Positions 49,796-58,687 of a DNA stretch of 58,687 nt are shown here, piece after piece. The translations under genes were made by a program, and so were the position numbers. Below the pieces are notes generated by a model that saw nothing but the letters and a program-made list of their open reading frames with translations, was not told where the DNA came from and did no database searches. How positions within the stretch are numbered: the stretch's first letter is position 1; every line of letters starts with the position of its first letter. This DNA is from a virus (Duplodnaviria > Heunggongvirae > Uroviricota > Caudoviricetes), in the IMG/VR virus record IMGVR_UViG_2834277561_000001, positions 1 to 58,687 of that record, one strand, 5' to 3'.

Positions 49796-50508
49796 CCTTC
49801 ACGTTTCTGAAGTGCGAGAGCAGTGATGTCACATTTTGGTGTACATGCTTTTCCGATTGCATCCACTTTGTTCATGTCTACATATTCATTGTTATTAATT
49901 TTCTTCACAAGAAGAGAAATAATTGTTTCCTGAATAGCAGGAGTGGTATTAGTTACCATTTCAACGATTTGATCCAATGGAAAAGAAAGAATATTAGAAA
50001 TTGTACTTACAGACAAGAAATGCTTATAATGCTCCTGTAAATAATTATTACGAACAACATCTTTATCACAAATATAAACAGTTCCATCTTCAATAAATGG
50101 TCTGCATGTAGCAATCACATCCTGTAAATCAGAATATGTGATAGTTGCAGTGTGACCAAATTTATCTAGCCTGAATTTTTTTGCACTTCCATCATTTGAT
50201 GTTTTTAGATTAACACCGCCATCACTGAGTGAAATTACCTTAATAGGTTTGAGTGGATTAATATCTACGAAATCATCTTCATCAGTATTTCCATCGTCTG
50301 CAATTTTAAAATTGTTTGTCTTATCTTCTTCCTGAGATTTTTCCAATTCACTCATTTTTTTCATTAATTCTTCCATCTGCTTTTTAAGCAAATCATTCTC
50401 TTTTTTAAGGTCTGATTCACTAGATACAGTTTTCTCTACTTTTGCAGTAGTATTTTTCGTTGTTGAAGCAGAAGTAGTATTTGTTTTCGAGCGACCCGCC
50501 ATTCTCAT
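49792..50508 (-). CDS. Hypothetical phage protein after capsid
   Basis: 238 aa; coiled coil, then F.LDKFG....I.Y.DL. Confidence 0.6.
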   Translation of the reverse strand: MRMAGRSKTNTTSASTTKNTTAKVEKTVSSESDLKKENDLLKKQMEELMKKMSELEKSQEEDKTNNFKIADDGNTDEDDFVDINPLKPIKVISLSDGGVNLKTSNDGSAKKFRLDKFGHTATITYSDLQDVIATCRPFIEDGTVYICDKDVVRNNYLQEHYKHFLSVSTISNILSFPLDQIVEMVTNTTPAIQETIISLLVKKINNNEYVDMNKVDAIGKACTPKCDITALALQKREG

Positions 50509-50574
50509 TTCCTCCGTTTTCTCATTACATAATAGGAGAGGAGATACAACTCCTCTCCATAATATTGTTGCTTA

Positions 50575-51651
50575 TTAAGCAAGCTTCATAATACCAACTT
50601 TGCTGTTAGTAATCAGTCCTGTTTTCCATGCTCTGTGCATAGAAGCGTTCTGCACCAGATTTGCGTTTGCAAATACTTCATCCGGAATATAAAGTCCCTC
50701 GTCTTCAAATACAATCTGAACGAGTTTCTGTGCGCCAGGAGATACGAAATAGATGAGTTTGTTATTGATTGCGAAATCGTAATCTTCAGAACTCCAATCA
50801 ATTTTCTGGGAAAGAGCGATAAGAGGTGTATTTAAGAATACTGGAAGATATCCAATAGAATTGTATGTTTCGCCAAGTCCAAGTTTCAGATAATCATCCT
50901 GTGGAAGAACATCCATAAGACCAAGCTCTGTACCTACAGCAACAGCTTTACGTCCGCCGTTTGCAGCAGCTACTCTTGTTGCAAGTGTCTTAAATGCTTC
51001 TGGTGTATAAGCACTTTCTTTAAAATGAGCTGTTCTTGTGTCGAAAGCAGATTCCATTGCATATGCAATATCAATGGCAATTTCGGCTTCAATAGACATG
51101 ATAACTTTCATGGCATATTCTGCCAATGATTCTTCACCAGCCATTACCCTATAAAGGTCAACCTGTGTTGTAACAGTATGATTTACTGGAGTAAGTGTCT
51201 GTTCGCCAGTAAACTGTTTCTGTGCATTAATATGTCTGCGTGAATTTCCGTTTACAGATACAGTAAATAGATCACTAGATTTAATACTAAATTTTCCAGA
51301 GTTGCCTTTGCCTACAACACTTACATTTGCAAACTGATAAAAGTCTTCAGCTACAACGTCTGGAAGAATAATATCAACAAGTTTATTTACTACAGAGAAG
51401 AATGCCCAACGGTACATTGGATTTGTAGACATCTGAGCTTTTCCGATAAAGGATGTGTCTACATTTGAGAATTTAGCAATTTCTGCAAATGCCATTTTAT
51501 TTACGAGAGCTTCTTTTTCTTCAAGAGTTTTTGTTCCCTGTACAGTTTTCTTAGTAGAAAAGTTTTCTTTTCTATAGTGATTTACATAGTCTTTCCATGC
51601 TGGCACAAGATCTTTTTCGGCAGCTGTGGAAAAAGTAATACGATTAAACAT
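50575..51651 (-). CDS. Major capsid protein
   Basis: 358 aa; position after protease and decoration genes, strong AAGGAGG SD, downstream hairpin. Confidence 0.75.
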   Translation of the reverse strand: MFNRITFSTAAEKDLVPAWKDYVNHYRKENFSTKKTVQGTKTLEEKEALVNKMAFAEIAKFSNVDTSFIGKAQMSTNPMYRWAFFSVVNKLVDIILPDVVAEDFYQFANVSVVGKGNSGKFSIKSSDLFTVSVNGNSRRHINAQKQFTGEQTLTPVNHTVTTQVDLYRVMAGEESLAEYAMKVIMSIEAEIAIDIAYAMESAFDTRTAHFKESAYTPEAFKTLATRVAAANGGRKAVAVGTELGLMDVLPQDDYLKLGLGETYNSIGYLPVFLNTPLIALSQKIDWSSEDYDFAINNKLIYFVSPGAQKLVQIVFEDEGLYIPDEVFANANLVQNASMHRAWKTGLITNSKVGIMKLA

Positions 51652-51674
51652 TATGTATTTCCTCCTTTTTATTT

Positions 51675-52187
51675 TTAAGCAAGTTCAATATGAATCATCT
51701 CTACAGTTTTTACTCTTTCGTTACCGATAGAAACGAATCCGTTGCCAGTAATTTTGAATGCAATAAGAGCATCAGTAGTATCTTTTGCGTATTCTGGCTT
51801 CATAGAAGAAGCTTTGTAAATAACATATTTCGCCTGATCAGCTGTCCCTGCAACTTCTGTCATTGCAATTTCAGCTGCTTTTCCTGGAACCCATGCATTT
51901 ACAGGTGTATTCTCTGGAAATACGATATTTCTAGGATCAGATGTAACCCCCTTATATGTATTGCCCATTGCATCTTCAAGTACCGGAACATCTGCGTTAT
52001 ATACAAGTGCAATTACATCTGTTTTTGCTGCCGGGGCAGCTCCTTTGTATGCTCCTTTTGTCTTTCTTTCTTTAGATACTTCGCCAAGTGCGACCGCAAA
52101 TCCGTTTTCCAGTTTCTCACTAGAATAAACAGTTTTAATATCATTCTCGCCTGTATTGGCACTTCTAAGAATTAAAATATTTGCCAT
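51675..52187 (-). CDS. Putative capsid decoration/stabilisation protein
   Basis: 170 aa between scaffold and capsid; LENG..V.LG motif. Confidence 0.55.
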   Translation of the reverse strand: MANILILRSANTGENDIKTVYSSEKLENGFAVALGEVSKERKTKGAYKGAAPAAKTDVIALVYNADVPVLEDAMGNTYKGVTSDPRNIVFPENTPVNAWVPGKAAEIAMTEVAGTADQAKYVIYKASSMKPEYAKDTTDALIAFKITGNGFVSIGNERVKTVEMIHIELA

Positions 52188-52204
52188 TTTAAATTTCCTC
52201 CCTA

Positions 52205-53647
52205 TTATTTATAAGTGTTTGCGATTCTTTCCCACATGTCTGTAGGCTCAGATTTTGTTTCTGTTGGGATACTGCATCTTATGGATTCAACAGCAGGAGT
52301 ACCATTTTTTTCCTGCACGTCAAATGCAAAAGCTTTGAGTTCATTGATAAATCCGTCTACATTTTCAGTAGAACACTGTGATGATTTTTTGCGCCATTCA
52401 TTAATCTGTTCAGCATTCAAAATCCTAGAAACCTTGTTAAGTTCACATTCAATTGTGTTTTTCATGATTTCTTCTTCTTTATTGTTTTTGTATTCAGCAA
52501 GAGAGTTGCATTTAATCTCAAGCTGTTCATATGCTGCTTTTTTTTCATTAATCTGTTTTTCAAGATCAGCGCATTTTAATTTGAGAGCATTAAGCTCTTC
52601 ATCAAAAATTTCGTTGTTTGCCTTACAAGCATTTTCTTCTGGAGCATCTTCTTTGGTTGCATTTTCTACAACAGGATCTTCTTCAATAGCATTTTCCTGA
52701 ACGTCAGTCTCAGGATTATCCTCTTTTGTTTCAACAGCATTTTCTACGATTCCAGATTCTTCTTCATTTTCTGGTGTCATCACTGTTTCTCTCGTAACCT
52801 GTTTATGTTCTTCATAAGTAGAACCTACATAACATCCATCGTCATCAAAATTTTCTACATCTGTAGAAACTTTAACCTCGGTAGTTATATACTGTTCTGC
52901 ATTTTCTACAACTTCAGAAGAAGCTGCATTAGCTTCAATATTTTCTGCCATTGCTTCCTCCTTATTTTTTTGTATTAAAATAGAACCCTCATCAGAGGAT
53001 TCTTCTTTAACAGAGTTATATAATTTTTTCTCGAATTCTATTTTGTCTTTTTCGTAATTGGCAGTTGAAAATTTAACCAATTCCCCTCTGCATCCTTCAA
53101 CCGCAGGACGAATAGGAACACCCATCGCATCTTGCTCTCCAAGTAATGTCAACCCCGTAAACGAATATTGTAAAATCTCTTCAATATTTGTTTCTTCGTC
53201 TACTTTAGAATCTATAATATATAATTCCGATGAAACACCTTTGCTTCCGTCATTATTTTTAAATACATCAACAACATAATCATAATATACTGTCCAAATA
53301 TATCCATCGGCACACATAAAAACAGTACCGTCCGGATCTTTTTCATATGTAATCTTACAATCGTTTGGGAAAAATCCAACAGCTGTTTCTTGTGCCCAAG
53401 AACTATCCTCGTGCCCAGCAAAATCTCCGTTACCATTATCCGCATGCGGCATATAATAAGTAAGAATCGGTTTTCCCTGAATAGTATTGGCATATTTCTT
53501 CAGAACATTTAGTGACATGATATATCCATGTGCGTTGAGAGCAGTTGAATATATTCTAAAATGTATTTTTTGAAATTGACTATCTTCAATTTCTTCAGGT
53601 GTTAATTCATTTAATTCAGACACTGCAAAAGTAACTAATTTTGACAT
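52205..53647 (-). CDS. Prohead protease/scaffold protein
   Basis: N-terminal N.HG, GKPIL, DF.GHE, GYIW..Y, K.VS.E, F.G.TLLG..PA; acidic coiled-coil C-terminus with VENA repeats. Confidence 0.78.
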   Translation of the reverse strand: MSKLVTFAVSELNELTPEEIEDSQFQKIHFRIYSTALNAHGYIMSLNVLKKYANTIQGKPILTYYMPHADNGNGDFAGHEDSSWAQETAVGFFPNDCKITYEKDPDGTVFMCADGYIWTVYYDYVVDVFKNNDGSKGVSSELYIIDSKVDEETNIEEILQYSFTGLTLLGEQDAMGVPIRPAVEGCRGELVKFSTANYEKDKIEFEKKLYNSVKEESSDEGSILIQKNKEEAMAENIEANAASSEVVENAEQYITTEVKVSTDVENFDDDGCYVGSTYEEHKQVTRETVMTPENEEESGIVENAVETKEDNPETDVQENAIEEDPVVENATKEDAPEENACKANNEIFDEELNALKLKCADLEKQINEKKAAYEQLEIKCNSLAEYKNNKEEEIMKNTIECELNKVSRILNAEQINEWRKKSSQCSTENVDGFINELKAFAFDVQEKNGTPAVESIRCSIPTETKSEPTDMWERIANTYK

Positions 53648-53652
53648 TTATA

Positions 53653-53862
53653 TTATTCACCTCCTTTATGATATTTATCTAATAACGACAAAATATCTTT
53701 GTTGGAAATGAAAACCCATAAGTCACCATCCTTTGCAACGGGCATATATCCCATATCACCCAGATATTTTCTTGTGTCATCATTGACATTTATGGTTTTT
53801 CTTTTAATGGATAATGGATTTTTTATAAACATCTTAACCACCATCCTTTTCTCTATTTTCAT
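53653..53862 (-). CDS. Small phage protein
   Basis: MFIKNP...YL...GYMP......WVF; between portal and protease. Confidence 0.55.
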   Translation of the reverse strand: MKIEKRMVVKMFIKNPLSIKRKTINVNDDTRKYLGDMGYMPVAKDGDLWVFISNKDILSLLDKYHKGGE

Positions 53863-55444
53863 TCGCGCCTATGTTTCTGGTCTGTTCTCCTGCGTCAGTC
53901 AGTTCATTGTCAGATTTCTTACTTCTTCCGACAGAATCCTTTTCATCACTTGACATAGTAGAAGCGGTTTTAATAGGACGTAATGATTCTGGAAATCCAA
54001 GACTATACATCATATTAGTAACATTATTCGCATCCGTAATGGCAATGCCCCGAGAAGAGAAGATAGCAGGAGTGATAATACCTCGTTCCATATCTTCGTT
54101 AGCCGCTTTACGACGATCTTCACGGTCAAATATTGTCCCAACGAATTTAATCTTGAATTTATATTTTTTGGTATTTTTATTTATTTGATATTCACAGAAT
54201 CTCTCAAATTGAGGATAAAGTGATTTCATCATTTCTGATACAGCAGTTTTGTATATATTATTTGAAGAAACAGATGTTCCGCCCGTAAGTATTGCATCGG
54301 ATACTCCGGATTCTTTCAACATATTTGAAATTTCTGTTTCAAGTAAATCGTTCTCTGAAGCAGCAGGAGAGAAGTCGAATGCTTTAAAGTTCTCTAATGG
54401 AGCAGCTTTAAAATCTACATCTCCAAGTGTTTGTTTAACCGCGGCAACGAATTTTCCAAGTTCCTTGCTGCTAATTGCGAAATCGTCTGTTTTATTCGCG
54501 CCTCTTCCATTCGCAAGCCGTGGAACAGTGGCGAAGATTACTTTATATGCTTCAAGCTTTTTCTTTTGTTCTTCTAAATCTTTAAATTTAGGAATTTTGC
54601 TATAGTCCAAAAACATATCCAATAATGGAGGAACTGAACCCGCAAAGCCTTCGTTGTATTTGAAAACCCATGCATCATTAGGGGACATTGGAAGCCAATA
54701 TACCCAAGCCCCATTCCTCTGAGGTAAATTTGGATCATATGTACTCTGGCGTAACTGAGTTACTTCACTGTATTTCTTTCTTAAAACAGGCGAATATCCA
54801 TTAATATCTACCCCTGCGTTTGTAAAATAGGAGAGATCAAAAGAATATAAATAACCAAGATATGAATCAGAATCAATAATACAATGAGAAGATGGAAGTT
54901 CTTGTAAATATTTATGCTCTTCGTAATCCCTAACTGATACAAAATATGTATCATATAAAGAAACATTAAACACCACTTTTACAAATTCTTTTTGAACATT
55001 GAAACAATTGAAAAATTTAGACATTACCGCATAATCAGCTTTAAATGTTTTTGAACTAAAATCTGTTGCAGAAATTGGTTTACCATTTGTCAGATAGGGG
55101 ATGGGTTCCCAATCAAAAACCAATATAGAATTTAAAAATTGAATATATCTTTTATAAATTGATACAGTGTTGTAAAAATAATATGATAATTTTCGTAACT
55201 CTTGTTCAAATTCATGAGGCGCCATAACCATCCGCTGAATCTCTTCATACGAAAATGATGCACTATTCATATTCACATCTTTTAATGTGAAATTTAATAA
55301 CTGAGGAGTCAACATATAGTTTTCGCCAGAATACATCTGTGATTTATATGATTGTAAAAATTCACTACAATACGAAATGTCATCTTTATTTATCCTTGCG
55401 GCTGATGACTGTGCAAGTTTTGTACTTTGATTTTTCGATGCGAT
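53834..55444 (-). CDS. Portal protein
   Basis: Follows terL; LRKLSYYFY....YKR, PP....F, C-terminal T.S......GR..K; frame extends 36 codons above the track ATG (55336) to an ATC behind AAGGAGGTG. Confidence 0.8.
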   Translation of the reverse strand: MASKNQSTKLAQSSAARINKDDISYCSEFLQSYKSQMYSGENYMLTPQLLNFTLKDVNMNSASFSYEEIQRMVMAPHEFEQELRKLSYYFYNTVSIYKRYIQFLNSILVFDWEPIPYLTNGKPISATDFSSKTFKADYAVMSKFFNCFNVQKEFVKVVFNVSLYDTYFVSVRDYEEHKYLQELPSSHCIIDSDSYLGYLYSFDLSYFTNAGVDINGYSPVLRKKYSEVTQLRQSTYDPNLPQRNGAWVYWLPMSPNDAWVFKYNEGFAGSVPPLLDMFLDYSKIPKFKDLEEQKKKLEAYKVIFATVPRLANGRGANKTDDFAISSKELGKFVAAVKQTLGDVDFKAAPLENFKAFDFSPAASENDLLETEISNMLKESGVSDAILTGGTSVSSNNIYKTAVSEMMKSLYPQFERFCEYQINKNTKKYKFKIKFVGTIFDREDRRKAANEDMERGIITPAIFSSRGIAITDANNVTNMMYSLGFPESLRPIKTASTMSSDEKDSVGRSKKSDNELTDAGEQTRNIGANENREKDGG

Positions 55445-55458
55445 TGGGTTTCACCTCC

Positions 55459-57096
55459 TTACAAATATGTGTATTCTTCCAATAAATCCATTTCATTTAC
55501 AGATTCTACAAAATTATTTTCAAATTCCATGATATAGAAAATTAGATAAGAAAGACAACTAAATCTATCCTTATTCATTTTAGATACAGCTTTCTCGACA
55601 GTAATCGCACCACTTGGTAATGTTTTTAATTTCAAGTTTGCAATTTCCTCAAACATAAAATCTGTTTGAATATATGGAAGAACTTGATTCTCATAATCAT
55701 CTTTTTCTGCCTGAGAAAAATCACTGTCTTTTCGCTGTTGAAGTAAACGTAATTTTCCACTATCTACAGCATCTATAAAATAAGATACAACTTTGCTCTG
55801 ATACGACTGTGCCTTCATATCGAAGAGTATATTTTCGCATTCATTGGTTTCTGGCTCATTATCTGTGTTAATTGTATTCCAACAGCCAAGATCTTCTCCC
55901 GTAACAGGATCTTCTGCACTTTTTAGTAATTGATCAACAAGACCAGATCCTAAACCGTTACCATCTACTATAACCATTCTTGCGTTATATCTTTTTTTTA
56001 ATCTTTTTATTTCTATTGCCTGATTAGTAAAATTCATTGTGTTTGAAATATTGATTGCATTTACAATTTCAATATGCTTTACTTTATTAGTCTTAGGATT
56101 TCTAATAACTCGTCCTACCGCAACAGAAGATTGGTTGTTTGCCGTTGATTGAGAACGAGCAACATCGACACCAATATAATATTCTTCAATGTCTTTCGCT
56201 TCATATTCAGCATATAAGAGATTGCGACATTCAATTAATTTATTGATATTTACCAGTGCACCAGTAGCAGCACCAACCCATTTTGATTCATAGTTCTGTG
56301 CAAAAGCAACAGAAGACATATCTCTTTTCTTTTGAAATATCTGACTCTTAGTACTGCCTCGTCCTTGCCAACACGGAAGCCAGAAACTTGAGCCTAAAAC
56401 AATTTTACCTTTTAGATTAATCATATCCTTAACCATATCTACAGAACGTTGATATTCGTCAGAACCTTTAAATCCTGCTGTGGTAAAGAAATTGATTTGC
56501 TGATTTAATTCTTCTGGATCGGTAATTGAATATTTACCGACACAAACTCGCGGAACCTCAACAATAGGAACTAGGGCATCCTCGAATGTTGCATTATCTA
56601 CTAAAGCAGACTCCTCCATATTCATGCGTCGCCTACGTTGACCTTTGGAAGATTGTGAATTGGCAAGATTATCTAAAATTGCACCACTTTTAAATTTAAT
56701 TTCAGCATTACCTTTAGAAAAATTTTCTTTTTCTATCTCATTCTTCAACATCGGATAGAATCTCATGATTTCGAGATATTTATCTTTTAACAACTCAGCC
56801 GCATTTTCTTTTGTTTGTGCGGAGAGAGAAATCGTAATTTCAGGGAAAAAGATACATGCTAAAATAGAAGCAAGTACTTCATCGAAAGTTTTTCCATAAC
56901 CTCTAGGGAAAACTCCATAAAATGACACAAAACGTAACATACATCTCAAATATATTCGTTGATCGAGATGTAAATTTAATCCGCCTTTTTGTGGTTTAAT
57001 TAAATCTAAAAAAGAATCGGGATACCATCTGCAAAAACTGCAAAAATACTCCCAATTCTCTATATTTAAATTTATTTCTTCCATATTAATCACCAT
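55459..57096 (-). CDS. terL: Terminase large subunit
   Basis: Walker A PRGYGKT, GQRR....MEE, FAQNYES.W, nuclease YIGVDVAR, IVDGNGLG, KDRFS. Confidence 0.93.
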   Translation of the reverse strand: MVINMEEINLNIENWEYFCSFCRWYPDSFLDLIKPQKGGLNLHLDQRIYLRCMLRFVSFYGVFPRGYGKTFDEVLASILACIFFPEITISLSAQTKENAAELLKDKYLEIMRFYPMLKNEIEKENFSKGNAEIKFKSGAILDNLANSQSSKGQRRRRMNMEESALVDNATFEDALVPIVEVPRVCVGKYSITDPEELNQQINFFTTAGFKGSDEYQRSVDMVKDMINLKGKIVLGSSFWLPCWQGRGSTKSQIFQKKRDMSSVAFAQNYESKWVGAATGALVNINKLIECRNLLYAEYEAKDIEEYYIGVDVARSQSTANNQSSVAVGRVIRNPKTNKVKHIEIVNAINISNTMNFTNQAIEIKRLKKRYNARMVIVDGNGLGSGLVDQLLKSAEDPVTGEDLGCWNTINTDNEPETNECENILFDMKAQSYQSKVVSYFIDAVDSGKLRLLQQRKDSDFSQAEKDDYENQVLPYIQTDFMFEEIANLKLKTLPSGAITVEKAVSKMNKDRFSCLSYLIFYIMEFENNFVESVNEMDLLEEYTYL

Positions 57097-58198
57097 CCCT
57101 AAATTCTGGAGGAACAGTAATAAATTTTTCTATTGCAGGACGATTTTCTTCTGTAGGATCGTCATTGAATATACCATAAGGATCACCATACATTTCAACA
57201 TATTCCTTTTTCTTTTCATCATAAAAATGATAAATGTCTTTATAAGAAACTTCAGGCATATTATTCAAATTTCGTTCATAATTGATATAACACCAAATAA
57301 TAAAATCAGCGGCATCTTTTGGTTGATATTTGAATTCAGGAAATATCTTGATTCTTTCCTTTGTACCTTCAACCATTTTAAAAATATCGCTAAAATTAAC
57401 AAGCCCTCCTTGCAAGTCTTCTTTTGATATAGATTTTGCGGTAAGCTTACCTTGTTCCGCAGCGTTTTGGGCAGCAGTATACCATTTCTGTGCTTCAGCT
57501 ACATCGTCTCTAGCAGTTGCAAGTTCTTCTTTTACTTTAAAGCGAACATATGTAACAAGGGCTTCTTTATGAATGTTTGTTTGGATGACATATGTTTCAC
57601 TCATTTCTTTATATTTTTTAACCATCTTTTTATATTCAAGACGAGTATATCCTTCCCCAAACAAATCTATCATATCTTTTGTGACTTCGAATTCTTCCTC
57701 ATCTAAGATAATAACTTCATCATCTGATTTCTGTTTTGTTATTTTCTTTAGAGAATGATTTGTTTTGTCACCAGTTTTTTTCAACACAGTACTGTTCTTT
57801 TGAACAAAGCCATCTGCTTCACTATCTGCATATGTCTTATGAGAAAGCTGACGCAATGTGTTGGTATTTTTCATATATAATTTAATAATGCCTTCGCCGT
57901 GATATTTCACTTCATCGGCTGGAACATCACTATGTTCTTTCTGATATTGATTTATGCTTGACTGTAAATTATCTAAATAAAAAGGCTTATCTGCCTGTCT
58001 TAATACCACTTTGAATTTTTCGATGTCCACTTCGCCCGTATCTGGATTTATACTAGATTTACCAAAGCAGTCTTTACATATATTTATTTTTTTATCCAAT
58101 GCAAACATTGGACTATGACTCATATAGAAATTAATTAATGACAATTCTTTGCCACAACAAGTACATTTTTTCTTTTTTGCAGTAGTGATAACTGCCAC
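57086..58198 (-). CDS. Putative terminase small subunit (SPbeta-type, zinc-binding N-terminus)
   Basis: CTCC..FY.S...ICKDC, FG.GY...EY..M...Y; overlaps terL; start GTG 58198 or ATC 58189 (track 58303 too long). Confidence 0.65.
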   Translation of the reverse strand: MAVITTAKKKKCTCCGKELSLINFYMSHSPMFALDKKINICKDCFGKSSINPDTGEVDIEKFKVVLRQADKPFYLDNLQSSINQYQKEHSDVPADEVKYHGEGIIKLYMKNTNTLRQLSHKTYADSEADGFVQKNSTVLKKTGDKTNHSLKKITKQKSDDEVIILDEEEFEVTKDMIDLFGEGYTRLEYKKMVKKYKEMSETYVIQTNIHKEALVTYVRFKVKEELATARDDVAEAQKWYTAAQNAAEQGKLTAKSISKEDLQGGLVNFSDIFKMVEGTKERIKIFPEFKYQPKDAADFIIWCYINYERNLNNMPEVSYKDIYHFYDEKKKEYVEMYGDPYGIFNDDPTEENRPAIEKFITVPPEFRDGD

Positions 58199-58293
58199 AT
58201 CCTTTCTGATTTTACTTCCAGATATTACCAATGATTTCTTAATTTGTATTTGATATAATACAACGCATCTCACAACGAAAGGAGGTGAAAGAT

Positions 58294-58635
58294 ATGGCAA
58301 CATTTGAAATTGAAAATTATATTAAATTGATTTGTATAAGAGTGGATCATTTTGAAAGTTACATAGTAGATGAAGTAAATACTCAAGATGAAAAAGACAT
58401 TGACAATTTCCTGGCATTACATCGTAATCGACCAGGAGTCAAAATTTTGATATTTAAAATGAATACTATGGAAATGATTACATTTGATCAAGTAAAACAA
58501 ATCATACATACTGCTCACATGTTTGACTATTTGCGCCAACTTGTATCGGATGGAAATAAGTTATTACAACTTGAACATCCAGAAAATATACCAATTAGTA
58601 CATTTATTAAGTATCTGGCGAAAATAGACGAATAG
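58294..58635 (+). CDS. Hypothetical protein
   Basis: AAAGGAGGTG SD before ATG 58294; divergent from terS. Confidence 0.65.
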   Translation: MATFEIENYIKLICIRVDHFESYIVDEVNTQDEKDIDNFLALHRNRPGVKILIFKMNTMEMITFDQVKQIIHTAHMFDYLRQLVSDGNKLLQLEHPENIPISTFIKYLAKIDE

Positions 58636-58687
58636 GGCGGTAGTAGGCGTTGAACCTACACATCTAAAGTCCGTGTATACCCAGACA
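58633..58687 (-). tRNA. Possible tRNA or tRNA-like 3' half, truncated by the window end
   Basis: T-arm GTAGG-TTCAACG-CCTAC followed by acceptor-like TACCGCCC; 5' half and anticodon not visible. Confidence 0.3.

Larger units (their letters stand above)
3100..58687 (-). mobile_element. Large SPbeta-like siphovirus prophage, morphogenesis and lysis region (continues beyond window)
   Basis: Co-oriented terminase-portal-capsid-tail-TMP-fibre-lysin-holin order, AT-richer than ppdK. Left boundary approximate; no integrase in the window. Confidence 0.93.

Overview
Host ppdK (1-2634, Firmicutes/Lachnospiraceae-like) is followed by the late region of a large SPbeta-like siphovirus prophage on the minus strand (~3100 to the window end). 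In transcription order it carries terS, terL, portal, protease/scaffold, capsid, head-tail proteins, tail tube, a RecU-like nuclease, tape measure (TMP), Dit, Tal, several fibre/baseplate proteins, endolysin and holin. Two virion genes that look broken in the ORF track can be rejoined in frame by group I introns whose splice sites are readable from the sequence. (1) A 905-nt intron (18714-19618) with a decaying HNH homing endonuclease splits a ~2409-aa tail protein and has an atypical C:G pair at its 5' splice site. (2) A 4066-nt intron (36987-41052) splits a ~3163-aa TMP. It has no recognisable homing endonuclease and instead carries six cargo genes with their own promoters: a PemK/MazF-like toxin with a downstream candidate ncRNA, an XRE regulator with a palindromic operator, a zinc-ribbon protein, a 50-aa membrane protein and two unknowns. 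This cargo-carrying intron in an essential virion gene is the main candidate novel system. Also seen: an orphan IS200/IS605 omegaRNA-like end, an SOS-box moron, and probable ATC start codons for portal and terS. All protein calls come from motif recognition and synteny; no database searches were run.
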